The notes beneath the pieces are model-generated. The model was not told the DNA's origin. It was given only the letters and a program-made list of their open reading frames with translations, and ran no database searches. From the NCBI RefSeq assembly GCF_009914755.1, contig NC_060925.1: 64,000 nt of DNA, one strand, 5' to 3'. This DNA is from the human T2T-CHM13v2.0 reference genome, Homo sapiens. Shown here piece after piece: positions 12,301 through 25,900 of the stretch; position 1 is the stretch's first letter; every line of letters begins with the position of its first letter. Both the position numbers and the translations under genes were made by a program.

Positions 12301-15300
12301 GAATGGATTGGAGAGGAATGGAATAGAATGGAATAGAATGGAGTGTTATGGAATGGAATGAAGTGGAATGGAATAGAATGTAGTGGAATGGAGTGGAGTG
12401 GAGTGGCGTGGAAAGTAATGGAGTAGAATGGAATATAACGTAGTGTTATAAGGTGGATTGGAATGGAGTGGAGTGGAATGGAATGGAGTGGACAGGAATT
12501 GAATGGAGTTGAATGGAATGGAATTTAATGAAGAGGAGCAGAGTGGAGTTGAGTGGAATGGAGTGGAGTCGAATGAAATGGAATGGAGTGGAATAGAATG
12601 TAATGGAATGGAATGGACAAAATTGGAGAGGAGTGGAGTGAAGAGGAGTGTGGTGGAGTGGAACCGAATGGAGTGGATTGTAATGGAATGGAATGGAATG
12701 CAATGGAATGGAATGAAGTGGAGTGGAATGGAAAGGAGTGTAATGTAATGGAATGGAGTGGAATAGAATGGAGTGGAGAGGAATGGAATGGTGTGGATAG
12801 GAATGGAATGGAATGGAGAGGAATGAAGTGGAGTGGAGTGGGGTCTTTTGGAGTGGAGTAGAATAGAGCTGAGTTGAGTTCAGTGGAGTGTAACGAAATT
12901 GAGTGGAGTGGAATGGAGTGAAGAAGCATGGAATGGAATGGAGTGGAGTGCAATGGCATGGAGGGTAGGGGTATGGAATGGAGTGGAGTGGAATGGCATG
13001 GAGTGGAGTGATATGGAATGGAGTAGAGTGGAATGGAGTTGAGTGGAGTGGAGTGGAATGGGGTGGAATTGGATGGAGAGAAGTGGAATGGAATGGAATG
13101 GAATGGAATTCAGAGGAATGGAGTGGAATAAAAAGGAATGGAGTGGAATGATATGTAATGGATTGGAGTGGAATGGAATGGAGTGGAGTGGAATGGAATG
13201 GGGTGGAATTGAATGGAATTGAACGGAGCGGATTGGAGTGGAGTGGAGTGGAATGGAGTGGAGAGGAGTGGAATGGAATGGAATGCAATTGAATGGAGTG
13301 GAGAAGAGTGTACTGGAGTGGAGTAGTATGACATTCAATGGAATGCAGGGAAGTGGAATGGAATGGAATGGAATGGACTGGAGTGGAATGCAGTGGAGTG
13401 GAATGCAGTAGAGTGGAATGGTGTAGAGTGGAATGGAGTGGACTGGAGAGGAATGGAGATGAGTGGAAAGGAAAGGAATGGAATGGAATGGAAGGGAGTG
13501 AAGTGGAATGGAGTGGATTGAATTTGAATGGAGTGTAGTGGAATGGAATGCAATGGAGTGGAAAGGAATGAAGTGGAGTGAAGAGAAGTAGAGTGTAGTT
13601 GAGTGGAGTGGAGTCGAATTGAATGGAGTGGAGTAGAGTGGAGTGGAGTGGAGTAGAGTGGAGTGGAGTGGAATGGAATGGAGTGGTTAGGAATTGAATA
13701 AATTAGAATACAATGGATTGGAATGTAGTGGAGTGGAGTGGAATGGAACGGAGTGGATTGGAATGAAATGGAGCGGACTGGGGTGGAGTGGAATGGAAGG
13801 GAATAGAGTGGAATGGAAAGGAGTGGAATGTAGTGGAATGGAGTGGAGTGGGGAGGGATGGAGTGGAGTGGAAGGGAGTGGAGTGTAATGATGTGGAATG
13901 TGTTGGAATGAGGATGGATGGAGTGAAGTGGAATTAAATGGTGTGGAGTGGAATGGAAAGGAGTGCAATGGAATGCAGTGGAATCGAATGGAATGCAATG
14001 GAATCGAATGGAATGGAAGGGAGTGGAAAGGCATGGAGTGGAGTGCTGTGGATTGCAGTGGAATGGAATGCAATCGAATGGAATGGATTGGAGTGGAATT
14101 GACTGAAGTGGAGTGGATTGGAGTGGAGTGGAGTGGAATGGAATTGAACGGAATGGAGTAGAGTGGAATAGAATGGAAAACAATGAAGTGGGGTGGAATG
14201 GATTGGAGTGGAGTGGAATGGAATGGAATGGAGTGTAATGGAATGGAGTGGATTGGGATGCAGTGGAAAGGAATGGAAGGGAGATCAATGGAATGGAATG
14301 GAGTGGAATGGAATGGAGTGGAGTGGAGTGGGGTGGAATGGAATGGAGTGGAGTGGAATGCAGTGGAATGGAATAGAAGGAGTGGAATGGAATGGAATGG
14401 AGTGGAGTGGGGTGGAGTAGAATGGAGTGGAATGGAATGGAAAAGAAAGGAGTGGAGTGGATTTGAGCGGAATACAATGGAATGGAATGGATTGGAGTGG
14501 AGTGGAGTGGAGTGGAATGGAATGGAGTGGCAAGCAGTGGAATGGAGAGTAGTGGAATGGAATGGAGTGGAGTGTAATGGAATGGACTGGAATGAAATGT
14601 TATGGAATGAAGTAGAGTGGAATGGAATGGAGTGGAATGGAGTTGGGGGGAATGGAATGCAATGGAATGAAATGGAATGGAGTGGAATGAACTGAAATGT
14701 AATGGAATGGAATGGAGTGGAATGGAATGGAGTGGACTGGAATATAACGGATTGGAGTGGAATGGAAACTAACAGAGTGGAATGGATTGGGGTGGAGTGG
14801 ATAGGAGTGGAGAAGAGTGGAGTGAAATGAAGGGGATTGGTGTGGAGTCGAATGAAATGGAATCGAGTGGAGTGGAATGGCATCGAGTGGAGTGGAACTG
14901 AGTGGAGTGAATTGGAATGGATTGGAGTGGAATGGAATAAAATGGAATGGAATGGAATGGCAAGGAATGGAATGGGACGAAGAGAAGTGGAGGAGAGTAG
15001 AGTGGCGTGGAGTGGAGGGGAATGGAATGGAGTGGAGTGAAATACAGTGGGGTGGAATGGATTGCAATGTAGTGGAATGGAATGGAAGGGAGTGGAAAAG
15101 AGTGGAGTGGAGTGGAATGGAGTAGAGTGGAATGGAGCATAATGGAGTGGACTCGAATGCAGTTGAGTTTAGTGAAATTCAGTGGAGTGGACTGGAAGCG
15201 AATGGAGTGGAGTGGAGTGGAATGGAATGCAATGGAACGGGATAGAATGTTGTGTAGTGGAGTGGAGTAGAATGGAATGGAGTGGAATGGAGTTGAATGC

Positions 15301-18300
15301 AGTGGAGTGGTATGGAATGGAGTGGAATGTAGTGGAATGGAGTGGAGTGTAACGGAATGGAATGTAGTGGAGTTGAATGGAGTGGAGTGGAGTGCAATGG
15401 AGTGGAGTGGAATGGACAGTAGTGGAATAGGGTTGAGTGGAATGGAATGGAGTGGAGTAGAATGGAATAGAGTGGAATTGATTGGGGTGGAGTGGAGTGA
15501 ATTGGTTTGGAATGGCATGAAATGGAATGGAATGGAGTGGAGTGGAGTGGAGTGGAATGTAATGTAATGGACTGAAATGGAACGTAATGGAGTGGAAATG
15601 AATGGAATGCAATGGATTTAAACGGAAAGGAGTGGAGGGGAATTGAATGGAGTGGAGTGAAACGGAATGGAATGGTGTGGAATGGATTGGAAAAGAATGG
15701 AGTGTAGTGGACTGGATTGTAAAGAAATGGAATGGAGTCTAGTGGAGAGTAATGGAATGGAATGGAATGGAGTTGAATGGAATGGAGTGGAATGGAGTGG
15801 AACAGAATTGAGTGGAGTACAATGGAATGGAGTAGAGTGTAATGGAACGGAGTGGATTGGAATGGAGAGGAGTGGAGTGGAATGGAGTAGGTTGAAATGG
15901 AGTGGAGAGTAGTGGAATGGAGTAGGGTGGAATGGAGTGAATTGGAATGGAATGGAGTAGGGTGGAATGGAGTGAATTGGAATGGAATGAAGTGGATTGG
16001 AGTGGAATGGAGTGGAGTGGATAGGAATGGTATGGAAAGGAAGGGAGTAGAGTGGAAAGGAATGGAATGGAATGAAATGAATTGCAGTGGAATGAAATGG
16101 AATGATGTGGAATGAAACGGAGTGGAGTGGAGTGGAATTGAATGGAATGGAATGGAAAGGTAAGGAATGGAAAGGATAGGAGTGGAGTGGGTTGGAGTGG
16201 AGTGGAGTGCGATGGAAAGGAATGTAAATGAAGGAATGGAGTGGCGTGGAAGGGATTGGAATGGAGTGGAATGGAATGGAATGGAGTGGAATGGAAAGGA
16301 ATGGAACAGAATGGATTGGAGCTAAATGGAGTGTAGTGGAATGGAGTGGAGTGGAATGCAGGGAAGCGGAGTGGAATGGAATGAAATGGAGTGCAATGGA
16401 ATAGATTGGAGTGGAGTGGAATGGACTGGAATGTAATGGAGGGGATAGGAGGGGAGTGGAATGGAATGGAGAGGAATGGAAAAGAGGTGATTGGAGTGGA
16501 GTGGAGTGGAATGGAGTGGAATGGCTTGGAATGCAGTGTAAAGGAATGGAATGAAATGGAGAAGATTCAAATGGAATGGAATGGAATGCAATGCAATGGA
16601 ATGGAACTGAATAAAATGGAGTGGAGTGGAGTGGAGTGGAATGGAAGTGAATGGAATGGAGTGTAATTGAATGGAGTGAAATGGAGTGGAGAGGAGTGGA
16701 GTGGATTGGAATGGAATCTAGTGGAGTGAAATGGAGTGGAGTGGAGTGGAATGCACACTAGTGGAGTTGAATGGAATGTGATGGAGTGGAATGTAATGGA
16801 ATTGAATGGAATGGAATGGATTGGAATGGAACGGAGTGGATTGGAGTGGAGTGGAATTGAATGGAATGGAGTGGAATAGAATGGAATTGAGTGGAATGGA
16901 TTTGAAAGGACTGGAATGTAGTTAAAAGGAATGGAATGGAATGGAATGGAATGGAGTGGAATGGAATGCAATGGAGTGCAGTGAAATGGAATGGAACGTA
17001 GGGAAATGGAATGGAGTGGAGATGAGTGGAATGGAATTTAATGAAGTGGAATAAAGAGTGGTGTGAAATGGAGTGGAGTGGAGTGGAATGGAATTGAATG
17101 GAATGGAGGGTAATGGAGTGGAGGGGAACGGAAACTAGTGGATTGAAATGCATTGGAGTCGAATGGAATGGAATGGAGTGCAGTGGGATAGAATGGAATG
17201 GAGTGGAGTAGAGTTGAAAAGAATGGAGTAGAATAGAAGGGAGTAGAGTGGAAGGGAATGGAATGGAGTGGAATGGAATGCAGTGGAGAGGATTGCAGTG
17301 GAGTGGAACAGAATGGAATGGAATTGACTGGAATGGAATGGAGTGGAGTTGAATGGAAAGTGATGGAGTGGAGTGGAATGGAATGGAATGGAATGGAATG
17401 GAGTGGAATGGAATAGAATGGAACGGAGTGGAGTGGAATTTAATGGAGTGGAGTGGAATAGAATAGAATTGAGTGGAATGCAGTGGAGTGGAGTGGACAA
17501 GAGTGGAGTGGAAAGGAATGGAGTGGAATGGATTTGAAAGAGTATAATGGAATGGAATGGAGTGGAATGGAATGGAGTGGAATGGAATGGAGTAGCATGG
17601 AATGGAATGGAATGGAGTGGAATGGAATGAGTGGAGTGGAATGGAATGGAATGGAATGAAATGCAATAGAATGGAGTGTAATGGAATGGAGTTGAGCAGA
17701 ATGGAATGGAGTGTAGTGAAATGGAGTGGAGTGGGTTGGAAAGGAGTGGAGTGGAGTGGAATGGAGTGCAGTAGAATGGAATGGAGAGGAGTGAAATAGA
17801 GTGGAGTGGAGTGGAAAGGAGTGGATTGGAGTGGAATGGGGTGGGGTGGAATGGAGTGGGGTGGAATGGAGCAGAGTGGAATGGAATGCAGCGGAGTGGA
17901 ATGGAATAGAGTGGAATGGAGTGTAGTGGTGTGGAGTGGAGTAGAATGGACAGGAGTGTAATGGAGTGGAATGGAATGGAATGGAATGGAATGCAATGCA
18001 ATGGAATGGAATGGAGGGGAATGTAATGTAGTGGAATGGAGTGAAATGCAGCGGAATAGAGTGGAATGGAATGCAGTGGAGTGGAAAAAATGGACTGGAA
18101 TGGAATGGAATGGAATGCAACGAAATGCAATGGAGTGGATTGGAAAGGAGTGGTGTGGAGTAGAATGTAAAGGAATTTAGTGGAATGGAGTAGAGTAGAA
18201 TGGAATGGAGTGGAGTGAAGTGGAATAGAGTGGAATGGAAAGGAATGGAATGAAATGGGGTTGAATGGAGTGGAATGGAATTGAGTGGACTGGACTGGAG

Positions 18301-19299
18301 TGTAATGGAAATGAAAGGAAGGAAGGGGAATGGAATGAAGAGGAATTTAGTGGAAAGGAATGCAGTGGAGTGGAATAAAATGGAGTGTACTGGAATGGAA
18401 TGAAATGGAGTTTAATTGAATGGATTTGAGTGGAATTGACTGGAGTTGAGTTGACTGGAATGGAGTGGAACGGAAAGGAACGGAGTGGAATGGGGAGCAG
18501 TGGTGTGAAATAGAATGGAGTGGAGAGGAGTGGAGTGGAATAGAATGGAGTGGAGAGGAGTGGAGTGGAATGGAATGGAGTGGAGAGGAGTGGAATGGAG
18601 TGGATTTGAATGGAATTGAGTGGAATAGAGTGGAATGTAGTGGAACAGAGTGGAGAAGAGTGGAATGGATTGGAGAGGAATAAAAAGGAGGGGAGTGGAA
18701 CGGAGCAGAGTGGAGTGGAGTTGAGTGGAGTGGAATGAAGTGGAGTGGAATGGAGTGGAGTGAAATTTAGTGGAGTGGAATGCAATGCAGTGGAGTGGAA
18801 CACATTGGTGTGGAGTGGAATGGAGAGGGTTGAATGGAATGGATTGGCAAGAAATAGAATGGAATCGAATGGAGTGGATTGGAGTAGAGTGGAGTGGCGT
18901 GGAGTGCAATGGAATGGAGGGGAATGGAGTGGAAAGTTGTGGAGTGGAATGGAATAGGACGGAATCTAAAGGAAATTTGTGGGCTATAATGGAATGGAAA
19001 GGAGTGAAATAGAGTGGAATGGAGTGGGGTGTTGTGGAATGCAATGGAGTGGAGTCTAAAGGAGTGAAATGAAATGGTGTGAGTGGAATGGAATAGAGTG
19101 GAATGGAATAGAATGGAATGGAGTGGAGTGTTTTGGAATGCAATGGAGTGGAGTCTAAAGGAGTGAAAGGAAATTGTGTGAGTGGAATGGAATGGAGTGG
19201 AATGGAATAGAATGGAGTGGAGTGGAGCGGAATGTAGAGGAGTGTAGTGGAATGGAGTGGATTCGAATGGAATGGAGTGGAGTGGACTGGAATTGAGTG

Positions 19300-21270
19300 G
19301 AGTGGAATGTAGTAGTGTGGAGTGGAATGGAGTAGAGTGGAAAGGAGTGGGCTGGAAAGGAACGGAGTGGTGTAGAATGGATTGGAGAGGAAAGGAATTG
19401 AATGGAATGGAATGAATTGGAATGGATTGGAATAAAATGGAAACAGTGGATTGGAATGGAGTTGAGTGGAATTGAATGGAGTGAAATAGAGTTGAATGGA
19501 GTGGATTGGAATGGAATGGAGTGGAGTGGAATGGAATGGAATGGAATGGAATGGAATGGAATGGAATGGAATGGAAGGTAGTGGAATGGAGTAGATTAAA
19601 ATGGAAAGGAGAGGAGAGAAATGGATTGGAGTGGAATGGAAGGAGTGCAGTGGAGAAGAGTGGAATGGAGTGGAGTAGAATGGAATGGAGTGGAGTGAAA
19701 TTGAGTGTAGTGAAGTGGAAGGAAGTGGACTGGAGTGGAATGGAGGGTTTGGAACAGAAGGGAGTGGAATGGAATGCAGCAGAGTGGAATGGAATGCAGC
19801 GTAGTGGAATGAAATGGAGTGGAATGGAGTAGAGTGGTGTGGTGTGGAGTAGAATGTTTTGGAGTGGAATGGAGTGGAGTGGATTGGAATGGAATGGAAT
19901 GGAATGGAATTGAGGGGAAGAGAATGTAGTGGAATGGAGTGGAATGCAGTGCAGTGGAGTGGAATAAATGGACTGGAGTGGAATGGAATGGAATGGAATG
20001 GAGTGGAATGGAATGGAATAAAATGGAATGGAATGACATGGAGACGAGTGGAGTGGAATGGAGTGGTGTGGAGAGGAATGCAATGGAATATAGTGGAATG
20101 GAGTACAGCGGAATGGAATGGAGTGGAGTGGAATGGAAGGGAATGGAATGGAAAGGAATGGAAATTAAACGAATGGAGTGGAATGGAATGGAGCACAGTG
20201 GAATGGAAAGAAGTGGAGTGGACTGGAATGGAATGGAATGGAATGGAATGGAATGAGACGAAGTGGAATTGAATGGAGTATAGTGGAATTTAGTAGTGTG
20301 GAGTGGAATGGAGTAGAGTGGAAAGGAGTGGACAGGAAAGGAATGGAGTGGTGTAGAATAGATTGGAGTGGAAAGGAATTGAATGGAATGGAATGAATTG
20401 GAATGGATTGGAATGGAATTGCATAGAATGAAATGGAAACAGTAGATTGGAATGGAGTGGAGTGGAATTGAATGGAGTGAAATGGAGTTGAATGGAGTGG
20501 ATTGGAATGGAATGGAGTGGAGTGGAATGGAATGGAGTGGAATGGAATGGAATGGAATGGAATGGAATGGAATGCAGGGTAGTGGAATGGAGTAGAGTAA
20601 AATGGAAATGAGAGGGGTGAAATGGATTGGAGTGGAATGGAAGGAGTGCAGTGGAGAGGAGTGGAATGCAGTGGAGTAGAATGGAATGGAGTGGAGTAAA
20701 ATTGAGTTGAGTGAAGTGGAAGGAAGTGGATTGGAGTGGAATGGAGTGTTTGGAATAGAGGGGAGTGGAATGCAATGCAGCGGAGTGGAATGGAATGGAG
20801 TGGAATGAGTAGAGTGGTGTGGGGTGGAGTGGAAGGTTTTGGAGTGGATTGGAGTGGAGTGGATTGGAATGGAATGGAATTGAGGAGAAGAGAATGTAGT
20901 GGAATGTAGTGTAATGGACTGGAATGCAGTGCAGTGGAGTGGAATAAATGGACTGGAGTGTAATGGAATCGAATGGAGTGGAATGGAATGGAATGAAACG
21001 GAATGAAATGGAATGACATGGAGACGAGTGGAATGGAATGGAGTGGTGTGGAGTGGAATGCAATGGAATATAGTGGAATGGAGTAGAGCGGAAAGGAATG
21101 GAGTGGAGTGGAATGGAATGGAATGGAATGGAATGGAATGGAAAGGAATGGAAATTAAAGGAATGGAGTGGAATGGAATGGAGGGCAGTGGAATGGAATG
21201 AAGTGGAGTGGAATAGAATGGAATGGAATGGAATGGAATGAAACGAAGTGGAATGGAATGGAGTTTAGGG
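19300..21270 (+). repeat. ~980-bp diverged tandem duplication in HSat3
   Basis: AGTAGTGTGGAGTGGAATGGAGTAGAGTGGAAAGG at 19311 and 20292. GACATGGAGACGAGTGG at 20035 and 21015. GAAATTAAA at 20161 and 21151. Confidence 0.88.
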
Positions 21271-22899
21271 GAATGGAGAGAGTGGAATGGATTGGACTGG
21301 AGTAGACTGGAATGGAGTGGAGTGGATTGGAATGGAATGGGGTCGAATGCAATGGAGGGTAATTGACTGGAATGGAGTGGAATGGAATACAGTGGAATGG
21401 AATAAAATGGACTGGATAGGAACGGAATGGAATGAAGTGGAATGGAATGGAGACGAGTGGAGAGGAATGGAATGGAGAGGAGTAGAATGGAGTGGAAAGG
21501 ATTGCAGAGGAATGGAATTGAGTGAAATGAAATGGAGTGGATTGGAGTGGATTGGAGTGGAATTGAATGCAATGGAATGGACTGGAATGGAATGGATTGG
21601 AATGGAATGGAATGGAATGGAATGGAATGGAATGGAATGGAAGTGAGTGCAGTGAAGTGGAGTGGAGTGGAATGGAATGGAGTGGAAAGAAATGGCACGA
21701 CATGGATTGGAATGGAGAGGAGTGGAGAGGAATGCAATGGAGTGGAATGGAGTGGAGTGGAATGGAATGGAGTGGAGTGCAGTGAAATGGAGTGGACTAG
21801 AAAGGAGAGGAGAGGAATGCTTTGTAATGGAACAGAGAGGAGAGGACTTGAGAGGGGTGGAATGGAATGGAGTGGAGTGGAATGGAATGGACGGAAGTGG
21901 AATAGAGTGGCGTGGAGTGGAATGGAGTGGAATGAAATTAAGTGGAGTGGAATGGAATGGAGGGGAGTGGATTGGAGTGGAATGAAATGGAGTGGAATGC
22001 AATGGAATGGAATGGATTTTAATGGAATGGAGTGGAGTTCAGTGGAGTGGAGTGCAATGGAATGGAATGGTGTAGAGTGGAATGGAATGGCATGGAGCGG
22101 AATGGAGAGGAGTGGGATGGAATGGAACAGAGAGGAGTGGAATAGAGTGGACTGGAGTTAAGTGGAAAGAAATGGAGTGGAATGGATTGAATTGGAGAGG
22201 AGAGGAGGGGAGTGGAATGGAAAGGAATGTAGTAGAGTGGAATTGAAAGGAGTGAAGTGGAATGGAGTGGAGTGGAGTGGAATGGAGTGGAACGGAATGG
22301 ATTACAGTGGAATGGAATGGAGTGGATTTGAGTGGAGTGGAATGGAATGGATTGGAGTGGAGTGGAATGGAATGGACTGGAGTGGACTGGAATGGAGTGG
22401 AATGGAATGGACTGGAATGGAATGGAAAGGATTTTAGAGGAATGGAATGGAGTGTAGTGGAATGGAGTGGATTGGAGTGGCGTGGATTGGAGTTGAATGG
22501 AATTGAGTGGAATGGATTGGACTGGAAAAAAATGTAGTCCAGTGGAACAGAGTGGATCGGAGTGGAACGGAGTGGAGTGGATTAGAGTGGAATGGAATGG
22601 AGTGGAGTGCAGTGGCATACAGAGGAGTGGAATGGAATGCGGTGGAATACAATGGTAAGGAATTCAATGGAGGGAAATGGAATGGAATGGAGTGGATTGA
22701 AGTGGAGTGGAGTGGTGTGGAGTGGAGTGCAAAGGAAAGGAGTGGAATGGAGTGGAGTGGAGTGAGGTGGAGTGGAGTGGAATTTAATGGAGTGGAATGG
22801 AGAGCATTGGAGTGTAAACTGGGGAGTGGAATGGAATGGAGTGGTGAATAGTAGAGTGGAATGGAATGGAGTGGTGAATAGTAGAGTGGAATGGAGGGG

Positions 22900-22950
22900 A
22901 GTGAAGTGGAGTGGTGTAGAATCATTCCATTCAATGATTCCATTCAATCG
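22900..22950. other. HSat3/HSat2 junction with strand inversion
   Basis: ...GAAGTGGAGTGGTGTAGA|ATCATTCCATTCAATGATTCC...: the sequence switches at 22920/22921 from GGAAT-on-plus to CATTC-on-plus with no intervening unique DNA. Confidence 0.95.
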
Positions 22951-25900
22951 ATTCCATTCTATGATGATTCCATTCATTTCCATCTGATGATGATTCCATT
23001 CGATTCCATTCAATGATTCCATTCGATTCCATTTGATGATGATTTCAATCAATTTCATTCGATGATTCCATTCGAATCCATTCAATGATGAGTCCATCCA
23101 TTTCAATTTCATGATAATTCCATTCGTTTCAATTCGATGGTGTTTCCGTTCGATACCATTCGATACTGATTGCATTAGTTTCCATTGGATGATGATTCCA
23201 TTCGAGTCCATTCGATGATGATCACATTGGATTTCATCCCATAATTCTATTCGATTCCATTTGATGATGATTCCATCTGATTCCATTTGATGATTCCATT
23301 CGTTTCCATTCGATGATGATTCCATTCGTTTCCATCCGATGATGATTCCATTCGATTCCGTTCAATCATTATTCCATTCGAGTCCATTCGATGATTCCAT
23401 TCGATTCCATTCGATGATGATTGCATTCGAGTCCATGGATTATTCCATTCCATTCCAATAGATGATTCCATTCGAGTCCATTCAATGATTCTCTTCGATT
23501 CCATTCGATATTTCCGTTTGATTCCGTTTGATGTTGATTCCATTCGAGTCCATTCGATGATAATTCCATTCGATTCTATGCGATGATTCCATTCCTTTCC
23601 ATTTGAAGATGATTCCATTCGAGACCATTCGATGCTTGCATTCAATTGATTCGATGACGATTCCATTCAATTCCGTTCAATGATTCCATTAGATTCCATT
23701 TGATGATGATTCCATTCGATTCCATTTGATGATGATTCCATGCGATTCCATTAGATGATGACTCCTTTCATTTCCATTTGATGATGATTCCATTCGTTAC
23801 CATCTGATGATGGTTCCATTCGATTCTGTTCAATGATTATTCCTTACGAGTCCATTCTATAATTACATTCGATTCTGTTCGATGATGATTGCAATCGTGT
23901 CCACGGATTATTCCATTCCATTCCATTAGATGATTCCATTCGAGTCCATTCGATGATTCTCTTCGATTCCATTCGATAATTCCGTTTGATTCCGTTTGAT
24001 GTTGATTCCATTCGACTCCATTTGATGATACTTCCATTCGATTCTATGCGATGATTCCATTCCATTCCATTTGACGATGATTCCTTTCGAGAACATTCGA
24101 TGATTGCATTCAATTAATACGATGACGATTCCATTCAATTCCGTTCAATGATTCCATTAGATTCCATTCAATGATGATTCCATTCGATTCCATTTGATGA
24201 TGATTCCATGCGATTCCATTAGATGATGACTCCTTTCATTTCCATTCGATCATGATTCCATTCGGTTCCATTTGATGATGATTCTTTGAATTCCATTTGA
24301 TGACAAGTCCATTGAATACCAGCTGATGATGGTTATTTTTGATTACATTTGATGATGATTACATTCGATTCCATTTGATCAGGATTCCATTCGATTCCAC
24401 TCGATGATTCCATTCGATTCCATTCAATGATGATTCCATTCGAGTTCATTGACTATTCCATTCCATTCCAGTCCATGATTCCATTCGAGTCCATTCGATG
24501 ATACTATTCGATTGCATTCGATAATTCCATTCGATTGCATTCGATAATTCCATTCGATTCCATTTGAAGATAATTCTATTTGAGTCCATTAGATGATTGT
24601 TCCATTCGATTCTATTCGGTGATTCCATTCGATTCCATTTGATAATGATTCCATTCGAGACCATTCGATGATTCCATTCAATTCCATTCAACAATGATTC
24701 CATTCGAGTCCACTCAATGATTCCATTCAAGTCCATTCGATGATTCCATCTGATTCCATTCAATGAATCCATTCGATTCCATTCTATGATGATTCCATTC
24801 ATTTCCATCTGATGATGATTCCATTCGATTCCATTCAATGATTCCATTCGATTCCATTTGATGATGATTTCAATCAATTTCATTCGATGATTCCATTCGA
24901 ATCCATTCAATGATGAGTCCATCCATTTCAATTTCATGATAATTCCATTCGTTTCAATTCGATGGTGTTTCCGTTCGATACCATTCGATACTGATTGCAT
25001 TAGTTTCCATTGGATGATGATTCCATTCGAGTCCATTCGATGATGATCACATTGGATTTCATCCCATAATTCTATTCGATTCCATTTGATGATGATTCCA
25101 TCTGATTCCATTTGATGATTCCATTCGTTTCCATTCGATGATGATTCCATTCGTTTCCATCCGATGATGATTCCATTCGATTCCGTTCAATCATTATTCC
25201 ATTCGAGTCCATTCGATGATTCCATTCGATTCCATTCGATGATGATTGCATTCGAGTCCATGGATTATTCCATTCCATTCCAATAGATGATTCCATTCGA
25301 GTCCATTCAATGATTCTCTTCGATTCCATTCGATATTTCCGTTTGATTCCGTTTGATGTTGATTCCATTCGAGTCCATTCGATGATAATTCCATTCGATT
25401 CTATGCGATGATTCCATTCCTTTCCATTTGAAGATGATTCCATTCGAGACCATTCGATGCTTGCATTCAATTGATTCGATGACGATTCCATTCAATTCCG
25501 TTCAATGATTCCATTAGATTCCATTTGATGATGATTCCATTCGATTCCATTTGATGATGATTCCATGCGATTCCATTAGATGATGACTCCTTTCATTTCC
25601 ATTTGATGATGATTCCATTCGTTACCATCTGATGATGGTTCCATTCGATTCTGTTCAATGATTATTCCTTACGAGTCCATTCTATAATTACATTCGATTC
25701 TGTTCGATGATGATTGCAATCGTGTCCACGGATTATTCCATTCCATTCCATTAGATGATTCCATTCGAGTCCATTCGATGATTCTCTTCGATTCCATTCG
25801 ATAATTCCGTTTGATTCCGTTTGATGTTGATTCCATTCGACTCCATTTGATGATACTTCCATTCGATTCTATGCGATGATTCCATTCCATTCCATTTGAC

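Larger units (their letters stand above)
1..22920 (+). repeat. Human satellite III (HSat3)-like diverged (GGAAT)n/(GGAGT)n array, G-rich strand on +
   Basis: Continuous 5-bp register of GGAAT with frequent GGAGT, GCAAT, GTAGT, GGATT and TGAAT variants. CpG-poor, with no recurring GATGAT motif. Pure GGAAT runs at ~4311-4362, ~5947-6003 and ~8060-8113. Matches the established HSat3 (CATTC)n family. Confidence 0.93.

Noticed and set aside
25-15985. Very short doublets (25 bp at 31/56, 35 bp at 15921/15956) and a weak ~3-kb similarity (3461 vs 6455)
   Set aside because: These are ordinary slippage products, or too little evidence to call a period by eye.
1-22920. Telomeric, alpha-satellite or CENP-B-box sequence
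   Set aside because: No TTAGGG arrays, no 171-bp period and no CENP-B box were seen.
469-22943. Long minus-strand ORFs up to 722 aa (HSIPF repeats) and plus-strand MEWNG ORFs
   Set aside because: (ATTCC)n and (GGAAT)n contain no stop codon in any frame. The ORFs overlap in all frames and simply translate the pentamer, with no domain or gene structure.
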